NCBI GenBank assembly: GCA_041661545.1
Contig: JBAZUH010000001.1
Location: 275,877-339,876, forward strand
Length of the DNA: 64,000 bases
Reading direction: 5' to 3'
Source of the DNA: Candidatus Staskawiczbacteria bacterium
GTDB taxonomy: Bacteria; Patescibacteriota; Minisyncoccia; Minisyncoccales; Staskawiczbacteraceae
Shown: in pieces, positions 7,655 to 16,584 of the stretch
Numbering within the stretch: the first letter of the stretch is position 1
Layout of the letters: each line of letters opens with the position of its first letter
Notes under the pieces: generated by a model
The model's database searches: none
Seen by the model: the letters and a program-made list of their open reading frames with translations, nothing else
What the model was told of the DNA's origin: nothing
Position numbers and translations under genes: made by a program

Positions 7655-8716
7655 CTAGTATGGGGCGTCATTTTCGTCATCTTTAGACATTACTTCAGAC
7701 AACGTTTCAATATTTTCTAAAGCAATTCCTGCACCCCTAACAACCGAAGTTAATGGGTCGTCAATTATCTTACAAGGCATTTTTGTTTCTTTAGAAATTA
7801 AAACATCAAGGCCCCTTAGCAATGAACCTCCTCCTGCTAAATAAATTCCATTTGTCATAACATCGGCCAATAATTCTGGCGGAGTTTCTTCTATGGTTAT
7901 TTTAATAGCTGAAATAATTTGTTTTACAGATCTATCTAGAGCTCTTTGAACATCATCATTAAAAATTACAACTTCTTCAGGAAGCCCTGTAATTAAATTT
8001 CTGCCTCGCATTGGCATTTCTTTTTTTTCTTTTAAGGGAATTGCTGAACCAATATTTATTTTAATTAATTCTGCGGTTTTTTCTCCAATTAAAAGCTTAT
8101 ATTCTTTTTGCGCAAATTGAACAATATCATCATTTAATTTATCTCCAGCAATTTTTAAACTTCTAGATGCCACAATTCCGCCCAAAGATATAACAGCAAC
8201 TTCGGTTGTTCCTCCTCCAATATCAACAATAAAATTTCCTCCTGCCTCTTGAACTGGTAATTTTGCTCCTATAGCTGAGGCTAATGGCTCTTCAATTAAA
8301 AATACTGTTCTGGCTCCTGCATTTTTTGCCGCGTCTCTTACTGCCCTTCTTTCAACTTCGGTTACACCACAAGGAATACCAATAATAACTCTTGGCATGC
8401 TCACCAAGCCAAACATTTTTTTACTAGAGCTAGTTGCTTTTTCAATAAAATATTTTAACATTTGTTCTGTCACTTCAAAATCAGATATAACTCCATTAAC
8501 TAATGGCCTTGTTGCAGAAATATAAGCTGGTGTTCGGCCAACCATCTTTTTGGCCTCTTCTCCAATAGCTAAAATTTGACCTGTTTTATTATTTACAGCC
8601 ACTACAGAGGGCTCATTAATAATGATGCCCCTGTCTTTTACATAAACCAAAGAATTGGCTGTACCCAAGTCAATTGCCATATCAATCGATAAAAATGAAA
8701 ATAATCTTTTAAGCAT
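7655..8716 (-). CDS. mreB: rod shape-determining protein MreB (paralog 1)
   Basis: MAIDLGTANSLVYV, DIGGGTTEVAVISLGG and LAGGGSLLRGL actin-fold motifs. Confidence 0.9.
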   Translation of the reverse strand: MLKRLFSFLSIDMAIDLGTANSLVYVKDRGIIINEPSVVAVNNKTGQILAIGEEAKKMVGRTPAYISATRPLVNGVISDFEVTEQMLKYFIEKATSSSKKMFGLVSMPRVIIGIPCGVTEVERRAVRDAAKNAGARTVFLIEEPLASAIGAKLPVQEAGGNFIVDIGGGTTEVAVISLGGIVASRSLKIAGDKLNDDIVQFAQKEYKLLIGEKTAELIKINIGSAIPLKEKKEMPMRGRNLITGLPEEVVIFNDDVQRALDRSVKQIISAIKITIEETPPELLADVMTNGIYLAGGGSLLRGLDVLISKETKMPCKIIDDPLTSVVRGAGIALENIETLSEVMSKDDENDAPY

Positions 8717-9986
8717 TTTTAATTATTTTTATTAACTGTTTTATTTTTATTAGTTTTACTGCGCTCTTGTTTCTTTCTTTCAACTCAACTGAATTTTTAA
8801 CTATGGTTTTCTCTGAAACTACTATTCTTAAAGGAATACCAATCAAATCTGCTTCTGCAAATTTTTCTCCAGCTGATTTATCTTCCCTGTTGTCATATAA
8901 TACCTGAATGTCATTTTTATTTCCCGCTACACGGGATCCCGCTTCGCGGGACAAGTCACTGTAAATTTTCGCTGCGGTCTTTTTGACTTTATCAGAATCT
9001 CCCAAAGAAATCAAATGCACATTAAATGGGGCTACTTCTTTTGGCCAAATAATTCCTCTTTCATCATGACTTGCCTCAACAATTGCACCCATAACCCTTG
9101 ATATGCCCATTCCATAACACCCCATGATTACTGGCTTTTCTTGCCCATCTTTATCTTTGAATTTTAAATCAAATGGCAAAGAATATTTTGTTCCTAGTTT
9201 AAAAATATTTCCCACTTCAACCGCTTTCTTCTCTTCAAAGCTATCTGAGCTACAAGCAGGACACACGGGAGTTTCTGCTTTTATTTCTTTATTAATTGCT
9301 GTTTTACATTTGTTACAAATATAAATTGTGTCTTCGCCAGCATCTGTTGTCATCTGAAATTCGTGAGAATATCTAGAAAAAGTTCCTCCCGAAGCAAAAG
9401 TTAAATAAGTTTTGTTTCTAATTCCTAATTCTTTAAAAATATTAAAATAAACTTTTACAATTTTGTCATAATATTTATCTAAATCTTCTTGAGTTGCATG
9501 AAAAGAATACATATCTTTCATTAAAAATTCTCTTGTTCTTAATATTCCAGATTTTGCTCTTAGTTCATCTCTAAATTTTGTTTGAATTTGATAAACGGAA
9601 AATGGCAGGTCTCTATAAGAAAAAATAAATTTTTTAGCTAATGGGCTTATAACCTCTTCATGCGTTGGCCCCAAGGCATATTCTTTGTCTCCCGATCCAT
9701 TTATTTGGAACAAAACATCCATGCTAGTCCATCTTCCGGTTTTTACCCAATTTTCTTTGGGTTGCAAAACTGGCATTAAAACTTCTTGCCCGCCAGCTTC
9801 ATTCATATTTTTTCTAATTATATTTTCAATATTTCTTACAACAGAAAAACCTAATGGTAAAAAACTATAAACTCCGGCCATTAACTGATCTACAAATCCC
9901 CCGCGCGTTAACAAATCGTGCGAAATTGCTTCTGTGTCTTGTGATTTGTCCTTAGATATTTTACAAAATAAATTAGATTGTAACAT
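8709..9986 (-). CDS. proS: prolyl-tRNA synthetase (short form, no INS editing domain)
   Basis: YQIQTKFRDELRAKSGILRTREFLMKDMYSF class II motif and a C-terminal anticodon-binding domain. Only 425 aa. Confidence 0.85.
   Translation of the reverse strand: MLQSNLFCKISKDKSQDTEAISHDLLTRGGFVDQLMAGVYSFLPLGFSVVRNIENIIRKNMNEAGGQEVLMPVLQPKENWVKTGRWTSMDVLFQINGSGDKEYALGPTHEEVISPLAKKFIFSYRDLPFSVYQIQTKFRDELRAKSGILRTREFLMKDMYSFHATQEDLDKYYDKIVKVYFNIFKELGIRNKTYLTFASGGTFSRYSHEFQMTTDAGEDTIYICNKCKTAINKEIKAETPVCPACSSDSFEEKKAVEVGNIFKLGTKYSLPFDLKFKDKDGQEKPVIMGCYGMGISRVMGAIVEASHDERGIIWPKEVAPFNVHLISLGDSDKVKKTAAKIYSDLSREAGSRVAGNKNDIQVLYDNREDKSAGEKFAEADLIGIPLRIVVSEKTIVKNSVELKERNKSAVKLIKIKQLIKIIKNA
8922..8951. repeat. 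two tandem family-4 hairpins inside proS coding sequence
   Basis: TCCCGCTACACGGGA followed directly by TCCCGCTTCGCGGGA (30 nt, 10 codons), read as SREAGSRVAG. Same YCCCGC-N3-GCGGGR design as the intergenic hairpins at 26784, 29020 and 39351. Confidence 0.7.
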
Positions 9987-9996
9987 ATTGAATTTT

Positions 9997-10437
9997 TTAA
10001 TTTTTATAACCTGCCTCGCTATATAATATTTTATTTTTTATACATTCAATAGAATTTTTTACAAAAGGGATTACATTCTCTGGCAAATTATCTAAGTCAA
10101 ACCATGACAAATCATCACATTTTTGGGGCTCTTTGTTTATAATTTCACCCACCCATTTATCGGTAGTAAAAAAAATATCTATTCTTTCTGAATCAATATA
10201 TTTATTCACAATATGAACAACTGTTAAATTTTCTGGTTTAATCAATATTCCCGCTTCTTCTTGGGCTTCCCTAACCATGCATTGAGTAAATGACTCACCC
10301 TGGTCAACATGACCTGCAATCATACTATATTTACCATCTTCATAACCAGTATTATATCTTCTTAGCAACAAGACTTTATTATCTTTTGTTAAAAATAAAT
10401 ATGACGCTGGAGTAATTTTATGTCTTTCCTTTTCCAT
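9997..10437 (-). CDS. NUDIX hydrolase
   Basis: Nudix box GHVDQGESFTQCMVREAQEEAGI. Confidence 0.85.
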   Translation of the reverse strand: MEKERHKITPASYLFLTKDNKVLLLRRYNTGYEDGKYSMIAGHVDQGESFTQCMVREAQEEAGILIKPENLTVVHIVNKYIDSERIDIFFTTDKWVGEIINKEPQKCDDLSWFDLDNLPENVIPFVKNSIECIKNKILYSEAGYKN

Positions 10438-10449
10438 AAATTTACCACT

Positions 10450-10488
10450 CGCCTATTCCGTTATTCCGCGGAATATTGGAATAGTTAG
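10450..10488. repeat. family-2 palindromic 39-mer
   Basis: CGCCTATTCCGTTATTCCGCGGAATATTGGAATAGTTAG, identical to the copy at 10789. Its core ATTCCGCGGAAT is a perfect palindrome flanked by CTATTCC/GGAATAG. Confidence 0.9.
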
Positions 10489-10757
10489 ATTAGTGTTTTT
10501 AAAAATTTCAAAACTGCTACGCCCTTACTTGTTATTTTGTGATGGACAATCAACCCTTCGGATCTTTTTATAACAAAACCTGCTATTGCCATTTTCTTTA
10601 TGTGATCAGATGCTGTTCTAAAATTTATATTTAAAATTTTAGATATATCTACCAGCGACATTTCGGGATTTTTACTTAATAATTCCAAAATTTCAATCCG
10701 CCTGTGATTAGCAAACCCTTTTACAATTCTTTCTACTTGATAATAACTTTTACTCAT
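10485..10757 (-). CDS. ArsR-family winged-helix transcriptional regulator
   Basis: HRRIEILELLSKNPEMSLVDISKILNINFRTASDHIKKM helix-turn-helix pattern, 90 aa. Confidence 0.7.
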   Translation of the reverse strand: MSKSYYQVERIVKGFANHRRIEILELLSKNPEMSLVDISKILNINFRTASDHIKKMAIAGFVIKRSEGLIVHHKITSKGVAVLKFLKTLI

Positions 10758-10788
10758 ATTACTTATTATATCAAATTTTTCTTCTGAC

Positions 10789-10827
10789 GCCTATTCCGTT
10801 ATTCCGCGGAATATTGGAATAGTTAGG
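10789..10827. repeat. family-2 palindromic 39-mer (possible operator upstream of the ArsR-like gene)
   Basis: Exact 39-nt repeat of 10450..10488, located about 30 nt upstream of the regulator's start codon. Confidence 0.9.
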
Positions 10828-10839
10828 TTGCTGGATAAG

Positions 10840-11982
10840 TTACTGGAAGGCTGATTTTAAAAAATTATAAAGTAATGGCACGTCAAATCGTATAGTTATA
10901 AAAAGAGACAAAGCAATTAATATTATAAAAAATGTTACTGTAATTCTTTGCTCTAATTTTACTGAAACTGGTCTTCCTTTTATTTTTTCTAAAAATAAAA
11001 ATATCAATTTGCCTCCATCTAATGCTGGAATTGGAAATAAATTAAATATAGCAATAAGCACAGAAATCATTCCTATAAAATACAAGAAAAATCCTGCTCC
11101 ATAACTTGCCGCATTAGCTAAAAATACAGTAATTCCAATTGGTCCAGCTAATGAAGCGCCTGCTGGCAAGCCCTTATTTGAAAATAATCTAGCCAAAGTG
11201 TCGTATAAGCCAACTAGCGACTTTATAGTTACATCCCAAGTATAAATTACTCCTTGAACTGGAGCCATATACCAAGCAGTTTTTTTGATTAAAGTTGCCA
11301 TTCTTTCTAAACCAACTCCAACTGCCCCTTCTCCGGCTGGCGGATTAACTCTTGGTGTTATTTTTGCATCAAATATTTGAGGCTGGCCGTTAACAGTTCT
11401 TTCAATATTTAAAATTAACTCTTTTCCCTTATTTTCACCTGTTATTCTTTGAAAATCAGATATTTTATTAATATCTGTGTTAATATCGTTAACTTTTATG
11501 CTTTTTACTGTGTCGGCAATTTTTAATCCTGCCAAACCAGCTGGCGAAGTTGGCGATACAGAAACTATTTTTAATTTAGGGTTTGTTAATCCTTGCACTT
11601 CTTGATCGCCCACAGGCAAGTCAGCCCCTATGGCAAAAACAACAGAAAAAATAATTATAGCGGCAATCCAAAAAGCAGCTACTCCGCCAATTACAATTAA
11701 AACCCTTTTCCATATTTTTAAGTTTTGAAAACTTCTTAAATCATCTACTCCACCTTCTTCTCCAAAAATTCTAACAAATGCTCCAAGTGGTATCCAATTT
11801 ATAGAATAAATTGTTTCTCCAATTTTTTTGCCCCAAATTCGTGGCGGATATCCAATGCCAAATTCATCAACTCTAATCCCAAATTTTTTAGCAATAATAA
11901 AATGCCCATATTCATGAATAATCATTAAGGCTATTAAACATAGAAAGGCTATTACTAAAGTTAAAATTGTTGTAAAGACCAT
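10840..11982 (-). CDS. rseP: RIP metalloprotease RseP (site-2 protease, M50 with PDZ)
   Basis: HEYGHFIIAKKFG (HExxH), a central PDZ-like segment, and a C-terminal NLFPIPALDGG motif. Confidence 0.9.
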   Translation of the reverse strand: MVFTTILTLVIAFLCLIALMIIHEYGHFIIAKKFGIRVDEFGIGYPPRIWGKKIGETIYSINWIPLGAFVRIFGEEGGVDDLRSFQNLKIWKRVLIVIGGVAAFWIAAIIIFSVVFAIGADLPVGDQEVQGLTNPKLKIVSVSPTSPAGLAGLKIADTVKSIKVNDINTDINKISDFQRITGENKGKELILNIERTVNGQPQIFDAKITPRVNPPAGEGAVGVGLERMATLIKKTAWYMAPVQGVIYTWDVTIKSLVGLYDTLARLFSNKGLPAGASLAGPIGITVFLANAASYGAGFFLYFIGMISVLIAIFNLFPIPALDGGKLIFLFLEKIKGRPVSVKLEQRITVTFFIILIALSLFITIRFDVPLLYNFLKSAFQ

Positions 11983-12014
11983 ACGTTTATATTTTTATTT
12001 GGGTTATTTTATAC

Positions 12015-12043
12015 TTGACAATACTTATTTAATATGCTATGAT
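12015..12043 (+). promoter_or_regulatory. strong sigma70-type promoter with extended -10
   Basis: TTGACA (12015-12020), 17-nt spacer, TATGAT (12038-12043) preceded by TGc. Confidence 0.6.
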
Positions 12044-12114
12044 TAATGTATAGCGTTAATCACGCTTTTAGCACCCCCGCCGTGAGGACTCACGGCACAA
12101 CCCCAACCACCACC

Positions 12115-12300
12115 ATGAAACTGTTTATTGCCTTCCAGACATCCGCACTTCTTTGTGCGGTCAGCTCAGCCGTTCTTCTCTCCGGCTACATCCCCGATAC
12201 CACCAACAGCTTCAGGCTGTTTTACGGGATCTTAGCGGGATTTTTTGCCCTTAAGATGGAGGGCCACGCGATCGCGGAAAAAATCATCCACAAGTTGTAG
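12115..12300 (+). CDS. putative 61-aa hydrophobic peptide (alternatively part of a non-coding structured RNA)
   Basis: ATG at 12115 gives MKLFIAFQTSALLCAVSSAVLLSGYIPDTTNSFRLFYGILAGFFALKMEGH.... No RBS (C-rich leader). The region is packed with perfect hairpins, so coding status is uncertain. Confidence 0.35.
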   Translation: MKLFIAFQTSALLCAVSSAVLLSGYIPDTTNSFRLFYGILAGFFALKMEGHAIAEKIIHKL

Positions 12301-12367
12301 CACCCCGTGCTACAACCTATGCCCTGCTCTCGCAACTTCGGTTGCGATTGCGGGGCTCTTTTTTTAT
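12293..12367 (+). terminator. double-hairpin intrinsic terminator
   Basis: GTTGTAGCAC-CCC-GTGCTACAAC, then GCCC..TCGCAAC-TTCG-GTTGCGA..GGGC, followed by a T-run. Confidence 0.75.
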
Positions 12368-12382
12368 TTCAAAATTCTGATT

Positions 12383-12420
12383 CTTACCAGTTACTCGTTA
12401 CCGGTTACTAGTTACTAATC
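12383..12420. repeat. family-3 GTAAC-rich repeat
   Basis: CTTACCAGTTACTCGTTACCGGTTACTAGTTACTAATC. Its reverse complement carries GTAACCGGTAACGAGTAACTGGTAA, as at 27063 and 32906. Confidence 0.7.
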
Positions 12421-12421
12421 C

Positions 12422-12976
12422 CTATACTAATTCTTGCTTTTTCTTCTCAACTAATGTTTTCATTTTTTCTTGGTATTGGTCAACTATTTTTTGAAGCTCA
12501 TCTTTGCCCCTAAATTTGTCATCTTCCGACATTTCTTTTGCTTTTTCTGCTGATTGAATTTTATTCCAAACATCTTCTCTTTGCCTGCGTATTACTTGCT
12601 TTGCTTGTTCTGCTTTTTCATTTAAAACTTTGCCCAAAGATAATCTATATTCTTCAGTAAGCATTGGCAAATTTAATCTAATTAAATTTTTATCAACGAC
12701 ACAAGACATACCCAACCCAGATTGAGCCATAGCCTTTTCTATTGGTTCTATGTACGAAGTGTCCCAGGGCTGTATAACTATTTGATTGTTAGAAGGAGTA
12801 GAAATTGATCCTAGCTGTTTTATTGTAAACTTTTGACCAAAAGCATTAACCTCTATGTCTTCAACCAAAGCTGGCGAAGCCCTTGAGGTTCTTATTTTAG
12901 CTAATTCAGCTTCTAAAAATTTAAATGATTTCTCAAATTCTGGCTTAGCTCTGTCTATGAATTCTTTATATGTCAT
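12422..12976 (-). CDS. frr: ribosome recycling factor
   Basis: 184 aa with ...LAKIRTSRASPALVEDIEV...LNLPMLTEE.R... pattern. Confidence 0.95.
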   Translation of the reverse strand: MTYKEFIDRAKPEFEKSFKFLEAELAKIRTSRASPALVEDIEVNAFGQKFTIKQLGSISTPSNNQIVIQPWDTSYIEPIEKAMAQSGLGMSCVVDKNLIRLNLPMLTEEYRLSLGKVLNEKAEQAKQVIRRQREDVWNKIQSAEKAKEMSEDDKFRGKDELQKIVDQYQEKMKTLVEKKKQELV

Positions 12977-12982
12977 AAATTG

Positions 12983-13058
12983 AAGCGAGGCAATGAGATT
13001 TTTCGAAGCTTGTTGTGCGAAGCGAATAAGTGCGAAGAAAAATCTTGTTGCCGAGCGA
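12983..13058. repeat. family-1 palindromic element
   Basis: AAGCGAGGCAATGAGATTTTTCGAAGC...GCGAAGAAAAATCTTGTTGCCGAGCGA. Near-identical to the copy at 23106. Fills the holB-frr spacer. Confidence 0.9.
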
Positions 13059-13060
13059 AA

Positions 13061-13819
13061 TTATAATTCCATCAGCACTATTTCCAAAGCTAATTTGGGA
13101 TTAGCGTTTGTAAATATTAATTTGTTATTTATATCTTCTATTAAACTTAAAATTTTTATTACTTTCTTTTGCGAATAATCTTTTAGTAATATTTCTCTAT
13201 AGTATTTTTGCAAAACTTCTAAAATTTCTGTCGGCTCTTGTTTATCAAAATCTATTGATTTTACATATTTAAATTTTTCTGCAAGATTAGAATCAATTAT
13301 TGGCAACAATTCTTGTAAAATTTCGCTTTCTTTTTTTGCTCTTTCAGAGTTTTTTGGTAAATTTTTTGGTTTAAAAAATTTTAATGTTTGGCACCTAGAA
13401 GCTATGGTTGCCATAAGCATGTCGGGCTTTGAAGTTATCAAAATAATTAATGTTTGACCCTTTGGCTCTTCTAAAGTTTTTAAAAAACAACTTTGCGCCT
13501 CAACATTCATTTTTTCGGCATCTTCAACAATTACCACCTTATATCCCCCATTATAAGACTTATATGAAAGAAAATTTTGAACCTCTCTTATTTGTAAAAT
13601 TTTTATTTCTCCCCCATCTCCAAACTTTGGATCTTTTTTGTTAGCCTCCGACACAATTAATAAATCGGGAAACTTGCAACCAATAAATTCTGCAAATTCT
13701 TTGGCAAAAGCTCTTTTTCCTATTTCTTTTTGGCCAACAAACAAATATGCATGCGAAAGCTGATTCAACTCAAACTTCTTTTTTAAAATATCCCATTGTT
13801 TTTTATGTCCTATCATCAT
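13061..13819 (-). CDS. holB: DNA polymerase III subunit delta'
   Basis: HAYLFVGQKEIGKRAFAKEFA...VVIVEDAEKMNVEAQSCFLKTLEEP...SRCQ AAA+ clamp-loader motifs. Confidence 0.85.
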   Translation of the reverse strand: MMIGHKKQWDILKKKFELNQLSHAYLFVGQKEIGKRAFAKEFAEFIGCKFPDLLIVSEANKKDPKFGDGGEIKILQIREVQNFLSYKSYNGGYKVVIVEDAEKMNVEAQSCFLKTLEEPKGQTLIILITSKPDMLMATIASRCQTLKFFKPKNLPKNSERAKKESEILQELLPIIDSNLAEKFKYVKSIDFDKQEPTEILEVLQKYYREILLKDYSQKKVIKILSLIEDINNKLIFTNANPKLALEIVLMEL

Positions 13820-13832
13820 ACTTAAGGTCTTT

Positions 13833-13987
13833 AGCGAGGCAATGAATTCGTAGCGAACCCTGCAGGCAATTTTGCAAGGTTCCGCGAAGCGGAAAAATTG
13901 CCGAAGCCTGAGTGAGTTGCGCGCTGGCGCAATGAACGCTAGCGAAGAATCATTGCCGAGCGAAAAATTTATTGCCGAGCGAAAAAA
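13833..13987. repeat. family-1 composite or nested palindromic element
   Basis: AGCGAGGCAATGAATTCG...GGCAATTTTGC..GCGGAAAAATTGCC...GAATCATTGCCGAGCGAAAAATTTATTGCCGAGCGAAAAAA. Fills the mreB2-holB spacer. Confidence 0.85.
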
Positions 13988-14995
13988 CTATTTCTTTGAC
14001 ATTACAACTTTTTTGTATTCTTCCAAATTTTCAAGAACTACTCCTGTTCCTTTTACCACACAGAAAATTGGTTCTTCGGCTATAAAACAAGGCACTCCTG
14101 TGCTTTGAGCAATTAATTCGTTAATTTTAGGCAATAATGCTCCCCCGCCAGCCATAATAATTCCCTTATTCATTATATCGGCAGAAAGCTCTGGTGGAGT
14201 TTCGGCTAAAACATGTTTTACTGCTTGCACAATTTCGGCTAAAACATCTGATATTGCTTCGCAAACTTCATTATTTGATATTTTTATATTTCTTGGCAAT
14301 CCCAAAATTAAATCTCTGCCCTGTATTTCTAAAAATCTTAATTCTTTTTGTGGAAGTGCTGTACCAATTTTTATTTTTATTTCTTCGGCTGATTGTGTTC
14401 CAATTGCAAGATTATATTTTTTCTTAATGTACTCGCCAATAGCTGTGTCTATTTTATCTCCGGCAATTCTTATAGAATGCCAAACAACAATGCCCCCTAA
14501 AGAGATAACTGCAACTTCTGTTGTGCCCCCACCAATGTTAATTATCATATGACCAGAACAAGAATTAATAGGAATGCCCGCTCCTATAGCAGCTAAAATG
14601 GGTTCTTTGGCAACATATACTTGTTTTGCACCAGCTACCAAAGATGCTTCAATAACAGCTCTTCTTTCTGTGCTACTAATGCCTGCAGGAACCGAAACAA
14701 CTAACTCTGGTTTAAATACTTTTAATCCTGAGTTAGTTTTGTTTATAAAATAATTAATCATTGCTCTAGTTACTCTATAATCAGCAATAACTCCATCCTT
14801 CAACGGTCTATAAACTTTAATATCAGCAGGAGTTCTTCCAATCATTTCTTTTGCACCCTCACCCACTGCTAATATTTTATTATCAGCTAAAGAAATAGCC
14901 ACTACAGAAGGTTCATATAAAACCACCCCCTTGCCATGTACATATACAAGCGAGTTACATGTTCCTAAATCAATTGCAATTTTGTTACTAAACAT
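13988..14995 (-). CDS. mreB: rod shape-determining protein MreB (paralog 2)
   Basis: IAIDLGTCNSLVYV, NIGGGTTEVAVISLGG, MAGGGALL. Confidence 0.9.
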   Translation of the reverse strand: MFSNKIAIDLGTCNSLVYVHGKGVVLYEPSVVAISLADNKILAVGEGAKEMIGRTPADIKVYRPLKDGVIADYRVTRAMINYFINKTNSGLKVFKPELVVSVPAGISSTERRAVIEASLVAGAKQVYVAKEPILAAIGAGIPINSCSGHMIINIGGGTTEVAVISLGGIVVWHSIRIAGDKIDTAIGEYIKKKYNLAIGTQSAEEIKIKIGTALPQKELRFLEIQGRDLILGLPRNIKISNNEVCEAISDVLAEIVQAVKHVLAETPPELSADIMNKGIIMAGGGALLPKINELIAQSTGVPCFIAEEPIFCVVKGTGVVLENLEEYKKVVMSKK

Positions 14996-15013
14996 ATGCT
15001 ATAATTTTAAATT

Positions 15014-16276
15014 TTAAATTCGTTTTATGTCTACCCCAAGCTTAACCAAACGCTCCTCTATTCTCTCATATCCTCGGTCAATTTGAAAGATGTTTTCAAT
15101 AGTTGTTGTTCCCTTAGCCACCATTCCAGCTAAAACCATCGTAATGCCTGCTCTTAAATCTGGGCTTATCAATTTTTTTCCTATAAGTTTTGTTGGACCA
15201 TTCACAACAACTCTGTGTGGGTCGCACATTATAATATTGGCTCCCATGGTTACAAGCTGATCAACAAAAAATAATCTTCCTTCAAAAATTGACTCGTGAA
15301 CAATGCATTGCCCACTAACCTGTGTCATTAAAAGCGTATATGGTGATTGCAAATCAGTAGCAAATCCGGGATATTCATGAGTAACAATAGAAACAGCTTT
15401 TAATTTGCTGGGTTTTGTAATTATATAATCTTTTCCAATTTCAAATTTTGCTCCTGCCTTTTCTAAAACAGGCATTACTACACCCAAGTGTTCTGGAATA
15501 CAATTTTCAATTTTTATTTCGCTATTAGTTATTAGGCCCATCATAACAAAAGTTCCTGCTTCTATTCTGTCTGGTACTACATAAAAATCAGAACCTGAAA
15601 TTTTATCAACACCTTCTATTTCTATATTTGCAGTTCCAGCACCTTTTATTTGGGCTCCACATTTATTTAAATAATCCGCTAAAACTAAAATTTCTGGCTC
15701 AATAGCACAATTTTGTAAAACTGTTTTTCCTTCTGCTAAAACAGCCGTCATCATCATTGCCTCTGTGCCCGTAACAGTAATCTGTGGGAAAAAAATATTT
15801 GCAGCCTTTAATTTACTTTCCTTGGTAATTAGCTCAAAACTTTCTTCTAAATTATTCATTTTTACGCCAAATTTTTCAAAACCATCTAAAAATATATCTA
15901 TTGGCCTTTTACCAATAACGCACCCTCCGGGGTGATTCATTTCTACCTTACCAAATTTAGCCAACATTGGGCCCGCAAATAAAATTGAGCTTCTTAACCT
16001 TCTAACCAAAAGCGGGTCTAATTGTGTTTTATTTATTGACGAAGGGTCAACAACTACTATTTTCTTTTCTTTATCTATTTCAATAGTTGCCCCCAAATCT
16101 TTTAGAATTTCTATAGCATCTAATGTATCTTCAATAAAAGGAAAATTGCTTATTGTACATTTTTCCTTAGACAAAATTAGCGCTGCTAAAATTTTAAGCG
16201 CTGAATTTTTGGCACCATTAACCTTAATACTGCCTGATAATTTTTTGCCTCCTTTTATAATAAATTTATCTGCCAT
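15014..16276 (-). CDS. murA: UDP-N-acetylglucosamine 1-carboxyvinyltransferase
   Basis: FIIKGGKKLSGSIKVNGAKNSALKILAA N-terminus, 420 aa, EPSP-synthase-like fold motifs. Confidence 0.95.
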   Translation of the reverse strand: MADKFIIKGGKKLSGSIKVNGAKNSALKILAALILSKEKCTISNFPFIEDTLDAIEILKDLGATIEIDKEKKIVVVDPSSINKTQLDPLLVRRLRSSILFAGPMLAKFGKVEMNHPGGCVIGKRPIDIFLDGFEKFGVKMNNLEESFELITKESKLKAANIFFPQITVTGTEAMMMTAVLAEGKTVLQNCAIEPEILVLADYLNKCGAQIKGAGTANIEIEGVDKISGSDFYVVPDRIEAGTFVMMGLITNSEIKIENCIPEHLGVVMPVLEKAGAKFEIGKDYIITKPSKLKAVSIVTHEYPGFATDLQSPYTLLMTQVSGQCIVHESIFEGRLFFVDQLVTMGANIIMCDPHRVVVNGPTKLIGKKLISPDLRAGITMVLAGMVAKGTTTIENIFQIDRGYERIEERLVKLGVDIKRI

Positions 16277-16374
16277 GCTTTCTTATATATTATTCATCCT
16301 AATCTAAAAATATCGGATTGTAAAGTGTAAAATTTTGCCTAAAAAAAGAGCCCGATATTGCTATCAAGCCTAAA

Positions 16375-16584
16375 CTAAACCTTGGAAGGGTGACCGACAA
16401 AAGCAATCCTTCCATTCTTCTGAAGATAAACTCTGTCCCCTCTAAAATTAGAAGTCAAACTACCATCGTGCCGGCTGTGCAGTCGCCCGCAATCTTTACA
16501 TGCAAGTGTAATCGTGTGACCGCAATTACGAGGCAACACTGTTATTTTATCAGATAGATCACCGCCGCATTCTTGGCATTTCAT
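16375..16584 (-). CDS. small zinc-ribbon protein, GC-rich islet
   Basis: MKCQECGGDL...NCGHTITLACKDCGRLH has two CxxC pairs. Visibly GC-rich. A possible TTGACA -35 lies on the minus strand at 16658-16653. Confidence 0.55.
   Translation of the reverse strand: MKCQECGGDLSDKITVLPRNCGHTITLACKDCGRLHSRHDGSLTSNFRGDRVYLQKNGRIAFVGHPSKV

Noticed and set aside
12046-12114. ORF-track start at 12046 for the 84-aa plus-strand ORF
   Set aside because: The ATG at 12046 lies only 2 nt after the predicted -10 hexamer (12038-12043), so it would be upstream of or at the transcription start. The Thr/Pro-rich N-terminal 23 residues look like translated leader. If the unit is coding at all, ATG 12115 is more plausible.
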